From Phoronis australis (lineage: Eukaryota > Animalia > Phoronida), in assembly GCA_002633005.1 (NCBI GenBank), contig NMRA01000081.1:757501-821500 (forward strand): 64,000 nt of DNA, given 5' to 3'. Under the pieces are notes generated by a model. That model did not search any database. It was not told where the DNA came from and saw nothing but the letters and a program-made list of their open reading frames with translations. This document shows positions 1 to 12,989 of the stretch, one piece after another; positions within the stretch are counted from its first letter, which is position 1; each line of letters starts with the position of its first letter. Position numbers and translations under genes: made by a program.

Positions 1-460
1 GTCAACCGTCCTCTACATAGTAAGCATATACATGCCAATTTTTACAATCATCCTTTGAGCGGTTTGGTGTATAGAGGGGTGGACGCACAAAAACAGACTC
101 GAAAACACTAAAAATGGCCACTAGGTGGCGCAAACTATGTCGAATCCATCTGAAAACGGCAGGATAGCGTCATCTCACTAATAGGTGCCTACACACCAAA
201 TTTCATAAAATTCCGTTCAGGACTTTTGAAGATACGAAGGTAAAAAACTAAAATTGCCACTAGGGGACACACCGGTAGTCGGATCCGTCCGAAAGTTCGC
301 ACATGCCGTCCCATTCATGAATGGAACATATGTGCCAAATTTCATGAACGTATGTCAAAGGGTTTTGGAGATAAAGCAGCGGACGCCGGACGCCGCCTGG
401 ACGGACGGACGGAGATGACGGCATAATGTGACCACATATAAATATGTGGGCGCATAAAAA
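1..460 (-). mobile_element. Dispersed non-autonomous repeat, Helentron/DINE-1(HINE)-like; near-identical inverted copy at 35461-35764
   Basis: About 152-460 is the reverse complement of 35461-35764 with few mismatches. It has a GGAC/GTCC microsatellite (ggacggacggacgga), a terminal hairpin ccacatataaatatgtgg and a T-rich end. The family assignment is inferred from this architecture. Confidence 0.65.
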
Positions 461-1119
461 TGGTCAGTTAAGAAGTTCTATGACAAAGTGTGCAAGACTT
501 CATGAAGATTGACAATTAATGGTAAACATTCTTTACTTTGGGACAAAAATAATAGCAGAAATTGTGCCATATTTCTTTTTTTGCTCAAATGCTCCAAATT
601 TTACAAAATGTTGTTTGGTGATAGCTATGCCATACAAAACATGGTACAGGCAAAGTAAATTTATCTGAAAAGTAATTTTCGTTATTGAAATTTGACAAAA
701 CGAAATTTCAACTATCTGCCACATTGTGTTCCAAACTGAAGAATTTTTACCATACCCTTTAATAAAAAGCCACATCAAAAACCGCAAAGTACATTGAGGT
801 TCATGTGTCGGACCATGCTGCCATCTGGTGAGAAGATGGCAGACTACAAGGGAATCATTGTCTGGCAAGACAGGATAAAAAATAAGTGAAGACAACAAGA
901 CAAATCACAAATTTTGACCCAGATCTAGTATCTGTGATGAACAACGTCTATTGAAGTTACACAGAGCATTGTTGACAAGCCCATGCTCTTTTTGTTAACC
1001 ATTAATTAAGATATACATAAAAATATAATACAATAAAATTCAGCCTGGAAACTGTAGTGAGTATTATATTCAGGCTTTAGACAATAATGGGAGCATTAAA
1101 CAAAGGAAAGAGAACTTTT

Positions 1120-1830
1120 ATTTGAATCACATGGAATTGTTTATTGTGGATTCCTCAAATACATGAGATAGCTCTTTTTTGGGCGTTGTTTCTTATAGAC
1201 CCTTTCCAGAGAACAGTTTGTCTGTCATGAGTCATCCGGTGTTCATGGCGGCACAATTGCTGACTTTAAGTCAGTTTTAGCCGGTACCTCGAATATCTAA
1301 TATGAGCTTAATGTTTCAATGGCATACAGAGGTTGAGATTTTTGAGGATTTCTGGTGGGCACAACCCAAAGTGTATTTTGTTTGTCACAGGACATTTAGT
1401 GACCAGTGACATGTATTCAATCACATGGAATTGGTTTTGTGTTACCTCAAATGTATAAGCTAACTCATTTTGAGAGGCCTGTATGGGTTTCTGGCGGACC
1501 CTTTCCAGAGTGCAATTTGGCATGGGTCATTCAGTGTTCAGTGCGGTATTATTGTTCATGTTAAACCAGTTTTAGCTGGTACCTCGAATATCTAATCTAG
1601 GTCAAATTTCAATGGCATACCGGGGTTGACATTTTGGGGATTTCTGGTGGGCACATCCCAAAGTGTATTTTGTACCATAGGGCATTTAGTGATTAGTGAC
1701 ATGTATTGAATCATACGGAATTGGTTATTTGTAGTACCTCTAATGTATAAGCTAACTCATTTTTTGGTTTCTGCCGGACCCATTCCAGAGTACAATTTGT
1801 CTTTCATGGGTCATTCGGTGTTCAGTGCGA
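1120..1830. repeat. Diverged tandem repeat, ~290-bp unit, about 2.5 copies
   Basis: aatcacatggaattg..cctcaaat..agct recurs at ~1125, ~1419 and ~1709. ggtacctcgaatatctaat and tttctggtgggcaca recur at about 290-bp spacing. Confidence 0.8.
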
Positions 1831-1978
1831 GTAGTATAGTAAGAGGTTTAGGAGTCTTATTTTGAGGGTCTCGGTCAAAGGTCATCCATGTGAAAGGAAA
1901 AGGTCAAAGGTCACGTGGGATAACTGCAATCGGAAGGGACACCATAAGCCTACTGGACGGATGTGTCAATGACGTCAC

Positions 1979-2784
1979 ACCTCATGACGTAATGAGTGTA
2001 ATGAGTCTCGTTAGAGAGGCACCTCGATGCTCGTTTCTGCGGCTCCTCGCAACGGATTGAGAATCGAAACAAAAGAGGGATGCTGAATAAGAACAAATTT
2101 TAAACTTATTTTGTGTGCGCCAAGTGTCGTCGTTGTATATTGTTTGTTCTGTCTCATATATCAAAAACAAAGGCGTATACAAAAGGGGATAACCACCCAA
2201 CTCAACAACAGATGTCGCGTGAAGTCTAACCCAGGACCCGACGGTACTAAGCGAATCCTACTCATAATACTAATAATAAGAGCCAACCAACTAACATAGA
2301 ACATAAAACCGATAGCATTTAATCGTGTATTAATAACAAAACCAACACTACAAATATCATCATTCGAATATAAAATCATCAAGACGTTCAGAAAAGAAGT
2401 CTATAGCAAATTTATCAAATGTCCAAATTATAGGTTCAGAGGTCCAGTGGTGACGCTGTCGTCGAACACTCGTCGTTTGGGATAAAAGTAGGTGAACGCG
2501 CACCTCTCATGCAGGTAGGTATACATAGTGTTATCACCGCCTAACCGGAATCCTTTGTTTTTGATATATGAGACAGAACAAACAATATACAACGACGACA
2601 CTTGGCGCACACGAAATAAGTTTTGTTCTTATTCAGCATCCCTCTTTTGTTTCGATTCTCGATCAGTTGCTAAGAGCCGCAAAACAGGCATTGAAGTGCC
2701 TCTCTAACGGGTGCCTCTCTAACGGGTGCCTCTCTAACGGGTGCCTCTCTAACGGGTCCAATTAAACCTATTACGTCATGAGGT
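1979..2784. mobile_element. MITE/foldback element with ~190-bp terminal inverted repeats
   Basis: acctcatgacgtaat...tcaaaaacaaagg (1979-2173) is mirrored by cctttgtttttgat...attacgtcatgaggt (2552-2784). The right arm has a 15-bp unit gtgcctctctaacgg x4. No clear TSD. Confidence 0.8.
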
Positions 2785-2791
2785 CTAAATT

Positions 2792-3200
2792 TCAAGGAGT
2801 TGGGAAATTGTACTCTCCTGATAGAAAGCCAAACTGTATTGGGTATATGAGATTGTGTGAGATGAAATGTCCAAGGAGAGTGATAGGGCAAAAATTTGAC
2901 ACTTCTGATTTGCAGTCCTTCTTGTGAAGTGGTGCCATTATTCCCAACTTCCAATCAGAAGGATAATGGCCTGAAAAGAGAATTTTATTGAATAGTTTTG
3001 TGAGAGGTACAGATAATTCTTCAGCTATCAATTTTATCATTTCATTTCTTATAAGTTCTGAACCAATATCTTCAAGAAGTTTTCTAACTTCTGCAGTAGT
3101 AGTTTGTAGATCCGTGATTTGTTCATTGCACTTAATTGATAGTTGAGGGACAGCGTCTTGATTAGTCGGATTCATGTTGTCTTTATAAAATATTCTAGAA
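2792..3200 (-). pseudogene. Non-LTR retrotransposon reverse-transcriptase fragment (CR1/L2-like)
   Basis: IAEELSVPLTKLFNKILFSGHYPSDWKLGIMAPLHKKDCKSEVSNFCPITLL is the typical N-terminal region of a LINE RT. Truncated. Confidence 0.8.
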
Positions 3201-3289
3201 ATAATGTGCATTTTTCTGATGTTTTATCAGCATGTTTATTAAGGTCTTTAGAAGAGATATGAGGAAACACGTTATTTTTTCATTTTTTT

Positions 3290-5340
3290 CTGCAGTAATT
3301 GCGGAACGCATAAAGTCTGCGCTAGGGAAAATTATTCATGAGGATCAGAGTGGCTACATCACGGGAAGGAACTTGGCTGATAACATTCGTGTGCTATACG
3401 ATCTGTTCTATTATACCCAGAAGATCCAAATACCTGGGCTACTAATTCTTATAGATTTTGAAAAAGCTTTTGACTCTTTGTCTTGGAGTTTTATTGAAAA
3501 AGCTTTATCTTTTTTAATTTTGGGTGGTTAATTAAGAGATGGGTCAAAGTTTTTTACAAAAGTATCAAATCGTGTTATCGTAATGGCCAACCTTCTTGTT
3601 GGTTTACTATACAGAGAGGAGTCAGACAAGGTGACTCATTATCTTATCTGCTTGCTATTTGTGCAGAAATTCTGACTCTCATGATCAGACACAACAAAAA
3701 AATAAATGGAATCAAAATCATTGATCGTGAGTACTTACTAACTCAATATGCTGATGACACTTCTATCATTTACATGGCTTGGAGATGTCTTTACGGTCTA
3801 CTTTATATGTTCTAAATTTGTTTGCTCATTTCTCCGGCCTTAGGGTCAAAATTTGAAAAAAACAATAGCCATTTGGTTTGGTTTGGTTTGGTTGTATGGC
3901 TATTAGTACAGTGCTGAAAAAAATTCTGTTAGAGAACAGTTATCATGGACCAAAACAAATTTCATGTTCTTGGGGATTAATTTCCAAGTCAGCTTACATG
4001 ATATAGCACACCAGAATTACTTGGCGAAAATGAAAGATATTGAATTAATTTTGAAAAATTAGTCCAAAAGAATTTTGCCGCCTTTCGGGAGGATTACGGT
4101 AAAATGAAGGCGCTTGTGGTTTCAAAAATTGTACATCTTCTGATATCCTTGCCACAGCCATCGAAACATATTCTAGAAAAACTGAACTCAATGTTTTTTG
4201 AATTCCTCTGGCAAGGTCGCAGTGACAAAATAAAGCACTCCCGAGCTGTTTGTAATTATAATGAAGGAGGTATTAGAATGATTAACATATTTTCGTTCTG
4301 TAAGGCTTTAAAGATTAACATGTTAACAAAATTTGTAAACGGTCGGTCTAAAACGGTCCGTTTGTTTCACTTGATTTTTCCTGAAATTAGAAATTACACC
4401 AAGCATGGAGTTGACTTTCTTAAGATAAATTTGCCTAATACTGACAATCACTTTTGTAAAGATTTTGTTGAATGTGTAATCTCCTTTGGAAATTGTTTGA
4501 AGATCAAAAATCAGACAGATTTCCTTAACCAACCTTTATGGTTTAGCAGTTACCTGCAGGTCGGGGCAAAACGTATTTTCTACAGGAACTGGTTCCATGG
4601 AGGCATAGTCTTTATAAAGGACTTGTTTTACCCAGACGGTAATATTTTGAACTATAGATTTATTGTGGATGTTTTAGGTATTAAAACGAACTTTATGGAG
4701 AATAACAGTCTAATTTCAGTGATATTTAATTACCAACAGAAATGTGCTATTGATAGTTCTTAGTTTTGATGCATATTGTCCTGTTATGCCAACAATTTTA
4801 ATGAAACTGAAAAGTGGTGGGAGAGGGTTTCAACATATTTGTACTCAATTAAATTATAGTTCCGAATTCTCAAAAGCGGAGTCAAAATGGGCCAAAGAAC
4901 GTAACGTAAATACAAATAATTTTTCATGGGAAGATGTTTATTCCCTTCTATATAATACAACAAGAGACCCAAAAATTAGGTGGCTTGAGTTCAGACTCTT
5001 GACGAGAATTTTGACAACTTAACTCATTTTTAAAAATAATTCAAGTTATGGATGACGACTCTTGTTCCTTTTGTGAACAATCGAAAGAGACTTTGAAACA
5101 CTCATTTTGGGAATGTGAAACAGTAAATTCATTTTGGACAAAAGTTAATAATGAAAACAAAGTAAATCCCCAGTGTGTCGGCACTCTCTCCTGCAACAAT
5201 GCCAATTTTGGCTTTTTTTTATAAAGGAAAATTTTAAAAATATGGTTTTATTATAGGATAAACAGTTTATTTACACCCAAAAGTTCAGATCAAAAAGATT
5301 AAGTAATATAGTGCTCATAAGGATTTGAATTTAGAATTTG
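3290..5340 (+). mobile_element. Decayed, 5'-truncated L1/Tx1-clade LINE ORF2 (RT plus C-terminal Cys motif)
   Basis: IIHEDQSGYITGRNLADNIR..LIDFEKAFDSLSW; RGVRQGD (~3615); QYADDT (~3745); EGGIRMINI; PLWFSS..FYRNWF; CSFCEQSKETLKHSFWEC (~5060-5117). Many frameshifts and stops. Confidence 0.9.
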
Positions 5341-5869
5341 TACAAAAAAGATGGTGTAACTTTGAAACTGTTTTTCTTAGTAGTCAAGAGGATTAGGTGT
5401 GGGATATGTGTGTGTGTGTGTGGTGTTCTTGTCTTTTTTGTGTTATTGTGAATGTTCTCAATGCCAATAAACATGTTATTGACTGATGCAGAATAACCTC
5501 TTATTTTGTAAACAATTCTCCAGCACTCCTTAGAGTTTTGTAGACACCTCTTTAATGCTTTGAATAAGGCCAGTATTGTAATCATGTTTGTATTTTTTAA
5601 TATATTTTCTGCATGTTTTGACTGTTCATTGTACTAATTAAAATGAAGAGGGTTACCAGATTGTTTGTAGGGCCTGTATAATTTAGTGTTTGTTTTATTT
5701 GAACTGCAAACTATTGATTGTTTTTGGTAGTAACTACTTCGAATTTGGATGGAAGGTTTTTCTCTAGGACGTAAGGGAGTTCTTTATTGAATCAATATAC
5801 TACAGTATCAATACTGTCTCCACTGTGAATTGCATACCAATCACGGTTGTTTTAAGTCGTGCGCATGTG

Positions 5870-6320
5870 CTCTCAACCAAATATCAATAAAATTGCAGAT
5901 TTTAACATAAGAAAAATGTACATTTTCTGAAAGCAAAAAGCCTGCAGGAGTTGGTTTTCCACTACAACAATCTGTCATGTGACCCTGTCTTTTCAGCAAA
6001 ATTTAACAAAAAAGTGTACAATCACAGCAAAATGCCGGTATCAATAACATGGTCAAACTTCATTTCATTTAAATGATTAAGATGAAATCTCAAAAATGCT
6101 GTTACAGAATAAAATTTTGTGTCCATTTTAGGCAAGTTCTCAATTTTATTAAAATCGTAGAAGTCTTATGTTTGGTTCACCCTCGCGTAAATGTGAATCA
6201 ATTCAAAAACTATTTCTTAAAGGATTTTAGAGAAAAGGGCAGAAAGCAAAGCGATCCTTACTTCTGAGATATGACATATGACAAATTTGAAAATTTTACT
6301 AGGGTCCTACAAAACTTTAA
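5870..6320. repeat. Old dispersed repeat; diverged inverted paralog at ~18900-19085
   Basis: catgtgaccctgtc and atgaaatctcaaaa here match the reverse complements of gacaggatcacatg and ttttgagatttcat near 18918-19035. Confidence 0.5.
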
Positions 6321-7076
6321 ATAACTTGCCGTTTCTTGCAAAATTGGGTGCTCCTATAATATGAGGTGTTACGAACAATTAACTTGCCTGTAGTAGCCTG
6401 AACGTTTATTTAGTATACTTTGAACTGTTTACAAAAACTAAACTGATATTATCCTTCAAACAAGAATACCCGCTTCATTAATGGATAGTCCCAAAGACTA
6501 AAGCCCCTGTCACACCAGAGGCGTGGTGCCACAACGGTTTTGGTCAAAACAGCCATCACTGTAGTGACACTGCCAGTAGTGTTTCATAGTTTTCTCCTAC
6601 CCGTCACACATGTACTTTTCTTCACGGTGCTACTGAGAAGCAGTGTCACTGAGGACATGGCGATCTCATTGAGTTACCACTATGGATTGATGGTGGTGCC
6701 ACGGCGATCATTGGCGGCAGGACTGCAGTGTTGGCGGCAGCACTACGGGGCCAGTGAGGTACCACTTCGTGAATGGCGGTACTACTGCCGTGCTACTGCG
6801 GGGGTGCTGTGGCAGCCATTTTCGCTCCTGCTGAGGACGTTGCTACTGTTCATACCCTTATTAATGTTGATATATTATTACTGTTACAATCACTTAGTGA
6901 CGCTGGCGAAACATGCTACAGCAGGGCGGATTGTCGGGGTGAGGAAAGCCAGCAAGAAGACACCTACTCTAACACCAGCAGATGATGAGTCTTAACATGA
7001 TGAGCATGCTGATTATGCTGCTGGTGCTAACCACCAGTCCGTAGCCAGCCAACCAAAGAATAAAAAAGTCCGTGTT

Positions 7077-7250
7077 GATCTGAATGAGAAGGAGGCCATG
7101 GCGGACTGGCTAGGTGACCATCCGGAGCTTTATAACAAGAAGCTCAATGCTCATAAAGATAACGTGAAGTAGGACTCGGCGTGAGCTGAGCAAGCAGCCA
7201 GACTTGATAAGCCAGTAGCGTTCCTGCTGGTACGGTATCGCGCATCAGAC
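7077..7250 (+). pseudogene. Harbinger second-ORF MADF/Myb-SANT DNA-binding remnant
   Basis: DLNEKEAMADWLGDHPELYNKKLNAHKDNVK*DSA*AEQA resembles MADF (xxxPxLYxxxxxxYK). In-frame stops. Confidence 0.6.
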
Positions 7251-7254
7251 ATCT

Positions 7255-7790
7255 ATCCATCCACCAACATCTATCCAGAGGAATTGGTAATCGGCGTCAA
7301 CAAGCCCCATCAACACCACTGAATAGAACCCTCTTTAATTGTGGAACAAGCTTCCACTGGTGAGCGGCTTGCAAATTGCAACATGCTTCCCATCCTTAAC
7401 CCCACAGGCATAGGGAATGTTCCAACGCTGCTACAGCTTTCAATTTGTCTCGGGTTGTAGAGCACTGCATCACCTCGTCTTTAAACGCTTCAATGATGAC
7501 CTGGCAGACTTCTTTGACCAGCACAGATAGTGTGTTTGCTGGGATCCGGAAATCGAACTTCATGCTCGCGTATGCGTCTCCACAGGTTAGGTGGCAAAAA
7601 GTTGCAGCCAAGGCCTTTTTGTGGTTGGTATCCTTCTTCGTGATACATGGTCCAACACTGGCAAGTAGCTCATCAAACATCTTGGGCTGAATCTAGCTGA
7701 GAAAATTCTGGAACGAGGCTGGATCCTTTTTTCTGAGCTCGGTTGTACAGAAGTCAAACTGCTCACGTCTTGCATCGCCCAGCCAAGGTC
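7255..7790 (-). pseudogene. Harbinger (HARBI1-like) DDE transposase remnant
   Basis: MFDELLASVGPCITKKDTN..HLTCGDAYASMKFDFRIPANTLSVLVKEVCQVI, followed by [41 protein letters not shown]. The C-terminal half is deleted. Confidence 0.85.
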
Positions 7791-8599
7791 TCACCCAGCA
7801 TCTTCTTCGTCTTGCTTGTCTTCTTCTTTACATCAGGGCAATCACTGCTAGCTTATCTCCTGCCTGCTGTTGCTGCACATGCAGCAACTGGTGTACAACG
7901 ATCAAATTTCTGTTATTATCTGTCATTCTGTTTAGCTTTCAATACTGACTGTCGATCTGAACTGTTTAAAGATTTTTCGAACACTGAAAGTTAAGCAGAA
8001 AACTGAAGCTTTTATACTACAAAATAGGCCCACAGTAGCACTGTGCAAGCACCTTAGTGCAACCTCAGTGGAAACGCCAATGCCGTACAAGCACCTCAAT
8101 AACACTGCCGGCACCACCGTAAGATCGCCAAATTTTCTAAAATTCCTTACTGGCTACGTAGTGGTACCCTCATACCTGCAGTGCTCCCATGATAGCACCG
8201 CCATAACCGCAGTAGAACTGCCACCGGATCGCCATTCTACATTTTTGGTGATTGCACGGCGGTTGCACTGAGGAAGGACGGCGGTGATGGAGGTGCTTGT
8301 GTGGTCCTTGTACGGTGCCACTGTGGTCATGACGGTCTCGCAGCGATCCAACTGCGGATTGGCCCAACCCGCCGTGGCATAGCGGAAGTTTTGAAGATGT
8401 TCAAATTTTCTGCCATGCCACAGCGAAGGTCCATGGTTTTGACAGTTTTCTGCAGTGGTACGACGATCAATGGCGGAGCCACTGCCGAACCACGGCGATC
8501 ATGGCGGTGCCACTGGGGTTTACGCCGTACAAGTATCGCAGTGGCACCACACCTCCGGTGTGACGGGGGTATAATGTATTTGATGACATGTATGTAGCA

Positions 8600-9085
8600 C
8601 ATGCTTCCTGGCCACGTGCTTTCAACACCGGTCAAGTTTTTATTAGTCTTCGATTCACGATTTTCAAAGAAATTTGGATTCCTGTTGAGGGAGAAGATCT
8701 GTACAGGAAAGATACTATACAATCCCTTTGACAAGTACTCTGTGTCTGTTCTGAAAAGCCAGACCATATTGGGACACGTACCTCGAAAGATTAACAAAAC
8801 TTTTTCTTTCTTTTTGAAGCACGATGGAAGTTTGAAGTACATAGTCACGGCTAAATACCAACATAGCGGCGAGGCTCGTGGTCTACAAATTCCACGCACA
8901 ATGATTTTCTACAGGACTGTCAAATCTTATTGATAAATTGAAGACGTTAGTGTAGAATTTTAGAACTGTAGGTAAGGCATATTTCGCATATACACGCTCG
9001 TGGGCTGGGTGCTTATTTTAGTGAAGTCTGAGAATGTGTGTGGGGGCGCTTATAGCGGCATGGGTGCTTATTAGGGCTAGTACGG
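8600..9085 (+). pseudogene. HIRAN-like domain remnant followed by a DNA-transposon-like terminus
   Basis: IFKEIWIPVEGE / NPFDKYSVSVLKSQTILGHVPRKINKTFSFFLKHDG..GLQIP matches the HIRAN NPxDxxAV..GHVP pattern. Repeated gggtgcttat motifs end in ...ctagtacgg at 9085. Confidence 0.55.
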
Positions 9086-10719
9086 AGAAATACTTTTTAA
9101 ATAGAAAAAAAGCATCAACACACTCAGTTACATCTTGGGCCAAGCACCACAATAAAGTTGACACACGAAATAAAGCATGAAATAAAGCACAAATTCAGAA
9201 TTGAATGTTTGTATTTATAAAATGTAATGAGGAAAACGGCAAAAGGGTATCAGCATCATATGGTAATAACTATATAGTACCAACTGGCAAACACTTGACG
9301 TGTAGTTAGCAATATTTAGTTGTAGGGCTTGACACTTGTATGTCAGGCAAGTGAAATTTTTGGTTGCGTACCCAAATTATTGACTTGTAAGGCCTTCAAG
9401 CCAACAATCACCACGAAGTTTGCAAGTTGTAGATAGTTCAAATTCACTATTCAAATGAACTATCCCGTTGGGCATCCTACTTTGAAACATTAGCTGCTGT
9501 CTGGTTGTCGGGCTATTGTTAGGGTCAAATCTTGGTAGGCATTCCTTGAAATAAGTCTTATGTTACTTTAAAACTAAACCCTCTGGGCGGACCGTCGTAT
9601 CTATGATATCTGATGACGTTTGACATAAATATGTTAATTAAACTGAAAAAATCGCAATACAAAATAGAGGCATTCATCAAATATATCTGTCGATCAATCA
9701 ATGAACAGATCAATGAACCATGACTGACTTCAGGTAAGGATAGATGAGAATAACAAGAATTGCATAACAGTGCCAAGTTTTCTCCTGAGATGAGTGACCT
9801 GAGTTTTACTCACTAAGGTCAGGAGTGATCAGCCTTGGCTGGAGCCAGCACTGCAGATTTTGAGCTCGATCCTTCAGCGGGAGACATCTAACATGTCTAA
9901 CTTGGTTGTGGGTGTACACTGTAGAATTTTAAATTCACATTTTCACAGACGCGACTAACTTGCTTTTGCCTTCGTCTAAAGGAAAAACGTTTGACCAACT
10001 TTGAATGAAAACAACTGTCCAACTATGAGAGGAGGTACATTGATTTGAAAAGTGAAAGTCACGGGATTAGCACAATGGATTCTGCTAAGTAAACTTTTCG
10101 TGGAGAATCTTGGCCTCGGGTGAAAACTTGGCTATGATGTCCTGTAATGAGGCTTGGGTCACATCACTTAATACATATATATTATGTATGTGCTGGCACT
10201 TCATTTTTCTTACAGTTCACACATTCTAGCATTCTGAGAGCGTCTGTTAAAGAAACATCCCCAACATTTAATATTTGAACCATTTCAAAATGCAAATTTT
10301 TACACACAGAAAACAAAGCATCTTCAGACCAGCATGACAATAGATGAGTAACACCTTGTCCAATATAATAAATTCGTGCCAGCTCATATCATGAACCAAC
10401 ACCTTCAATTAGTAAACAGTGTCAATGGCAGCTGTGACAACTGTCACTTCAATACGGTTATTTCCATTTTTGTGTTATCCTGTGTTAGCCAAAGAGTGGC
10501 ACACATTCATCAACATTAGTCATCTTTGAGATTGCCTTCAATTTAGTGCCTGAGGCAACAATAAAAGTGGGGGAATTGGTAGGATGCATTCTAGATCCCA
10601 TAACAAGTTTCAGAACTTATACATTTTATAAACCACAGTTAATTCTGATTACAATTATATCAACAAATTTAAGCAGCTGCAACGTCTAGCTTGTTTGTGC
10701 ATAACCTCTGCTTTTTACA

Positions 10720-11575
10720 GGAACGCCTATCTGTAGCCCTAGAAATGCTAATCGGTCTACCACCACTGTACATATACCTTGAGGGTGAAGCAAGTGCTGC
10801 ACTTTGTCTCAGATATAATGGTCAGTGGGTGAAAACTAACATCCCTGACTCCGTTGCACACAGAAGCCACAGGAATGTTTGCAATAAGCTAATGGCCAAG
10901 ACAGGGCAACTAAGGAACATGTCTAGTGATGTCCAGGTCACAACTTTAAATCACACAAAAAATTTCTTCACGGAAATTGGTGATGGATGCATGGCTTACC
11001 GCAGAACACAAGAATGAGGTGGTTTGTTATACAGACGGCTCTAAAATGGAAAATGGCCAAACAGGTGCTGGAGTCTATTTTCCAAGCCTTCCTATTGCAG
11101 ATGCAGAAAACTGGGTATCGCTAGGCAATCTAATAAAAGCCCAAAAGAAACTAAGGGTCAACTCTCATGTTAATGCTTGTATTAATGAGCTTAACAAGCT
11201 TGCAATTGAAAGAACCCTCAATATAGGCTGGGTCAGGGCCCATGTGGGAATTGATGGCAATTAGAATGAAGACAGACTCGCAAAGATAGGAGCAAGTGTT
11301 CTGCATTTTGTGCCTGAACCTGCTATCCTGGTATCTTGCAGGATGAGTAAACGAAACTGGGTACATACCCAGTCAGCAGCACAGTGGGCATCACTTAACT
11401 CCTGCAGAGAGATCAAGGAGAATTTTCCCAACGTGATCAAACCAAAAGGTTCAAAAAACCTTCTGAGTCTAGACAGATTGCGTATAAGACATGTCATTCA
11501 AATTTTGACGTGCCACTGTAATCTAGCCCGACATAGACACATTGCTGGGCATATGGGGAGCCCAGTGTGTCCAAC
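10720..11575 (+). mobile_element. Decayed RNase H-bearing non-LTR retrotransposon 3' fragment (R1/LOA/I-group like)
   Basis: ALEMLIGLPPL; YTDGSKMENGQTGAGVY; WVRAHVGIDGN*NEDRLAKIGA (RNase H); LTCHCNLARHRHIAGHMGSPVC. Frameshifted. Confidence 0.85.
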
Positions 11576-11619
11576 TAACTATTTCCCAAGATGCAACAAA
11601 CTGTTGGATGAAGACTTAC

Positions 11620-11761
11620 CCATAAGCCCACAGAATCGGTCGAATGTCCTTGGTATCCGTGTTTGGGGGTTGATCTCTATCAGAACATTTTTTACAGTAT
11701 GAATGTAGACTTGCAGCAAGCCAGCTCGGTTCAGAGGGCTGTCCATCAACATTAGGAGACA
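11620..11761 (-). CDS. EMG1: EMG1/NEP1 coding exon 3
   Basis: [47 protein letters not shown] is near-identical to human EMG1. Acceptor ttcacag, donor gtaagt, 142 bp. Confidence 0.95.
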
Positions 11762-12989
11762 CTGTGAAGAGCAACACAAAGTAACGAAATGCATAAACTA
11801 CAAAACTACAAAGAGTGCTCCTGGTTTCAAACAACACCTCTAGAGGGAGCAACACCTCTAGAGGGAACAACACCAATAAAATTGAAATTGCAGCCAGTGG
11901 CATAGCCCTTGAGCGCCATGCTCTAAATTGCAAGACATTAGTTTAGCAGATAACAAGATATACTTAAAATATTATCACTCCTTGAGGGAGCAGGAATAGC
12001 AAGAATCAGTGGGTACATTAAAAAATCTCTTAAGAAGGACTAAGTGAACGTCAAGTGAATGTCAAAACTAATATTGACACAAGGAGGCACAGCACCACAA
12101 GGATTTATTTCACAACATGAGCTATCAATGTCTCTTTGTTAAAGTACAAAATTAAGATTTCTCATGGTTACGAGTTCCGTTATATTAGCTACTTCCCAGT
12201 CAATACAACGCCGCCGTAGTCATTTTGAAATAAATGTGCAGGATAATTTAGTGGGACAGCATATTGTGAAGCATCGTAACTTCAAATAATTGTAGGTGTT
12301 TGTGATTTCACGGTGTATTACGTGTTTGGACTGGTCATGTGGGGTACGGCGTCGTCATGAGCAATTTCATGTAGGAATACAAAACCAGTCGAACGAAATT
12401 GTCTTTACAATGTACAAATCGATCCTATATGTAATTAGAAGCTGTTTGCCCAATAGCTTTTAAGAGTCGTGGTAAACGCTGAAAGCTCCTCACGTTAGTG
12501 ACCAGCAATGACAGCTCAGTGCGACTCAGTAGCCGTGGTTGTGTGAAAAATATTAGGAATACCGTTGATTACTGTAAATAATATTTCATGAAAATGTGCA
12601 AGTGCTGCAAAAGTTTCAGCTAAAATTGTGCATGATTAACAAAGATATGGAAAGTGTAAATTAGGAAGTCGAACAAACGGCTGTATGGACTCGCCTGAGC
12701 CAACTGTACGGACTCGTCATGAGTAGATTTTTGAAAACTGTACAAACTCGTTAGTGAGCTGGTTAAGAATTAGTCAAATTTTAACCAGAATAGACCGTTT
12801 AACTTTATAATTACCAATAGTTCTCGAGGAGAATAGTCGGATAAGTGACTTGATAAAGATTGGATGCATGTGGAAATTGTGTATTAAAGTGAGAACACAG
12901 GTAAGAAGTGTTTCCAATCAACTAACTTCAGGTGCTTTGTGTTGGCAGAGATCATTTTGCTGAAGTAACTGGCCACGGCATCGCTGATC

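Larger units (their letters stand above)
6502..8571. mobile_element. Degenerate PIF/Harbinger DNA transposon with TAA target-site duplication
   Basis: TIRs agcccctgtcacaccagaggcgtggtgccac / gtggcaccacacctccggtgtgacgggggta, with TAA on both flanks (6499-6501, 8572-8574). Carries convergent MADF/Myb-like and DDE transposase remnants. Confidence 0.9.

Noticed and set aside
790-862. Exon-like segment on the minus strand as EMG1 exon 4
   Set aside because: No reading frame resembles the conserved EMG1 continuation VQLLHKLS.
6540-8899. Many overlapping GC-rich ORFs (6540-6995, 8068-8899)
   Set aside because: They fall in Harbinger subterminal sequence or its junctions and have no recognisable domains.
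11310-11702. 130-aa plus-strand ORF as a gene
   Set aside because: A chimera of the LINE remnant and the antisense strand of EMG1 exon 3.
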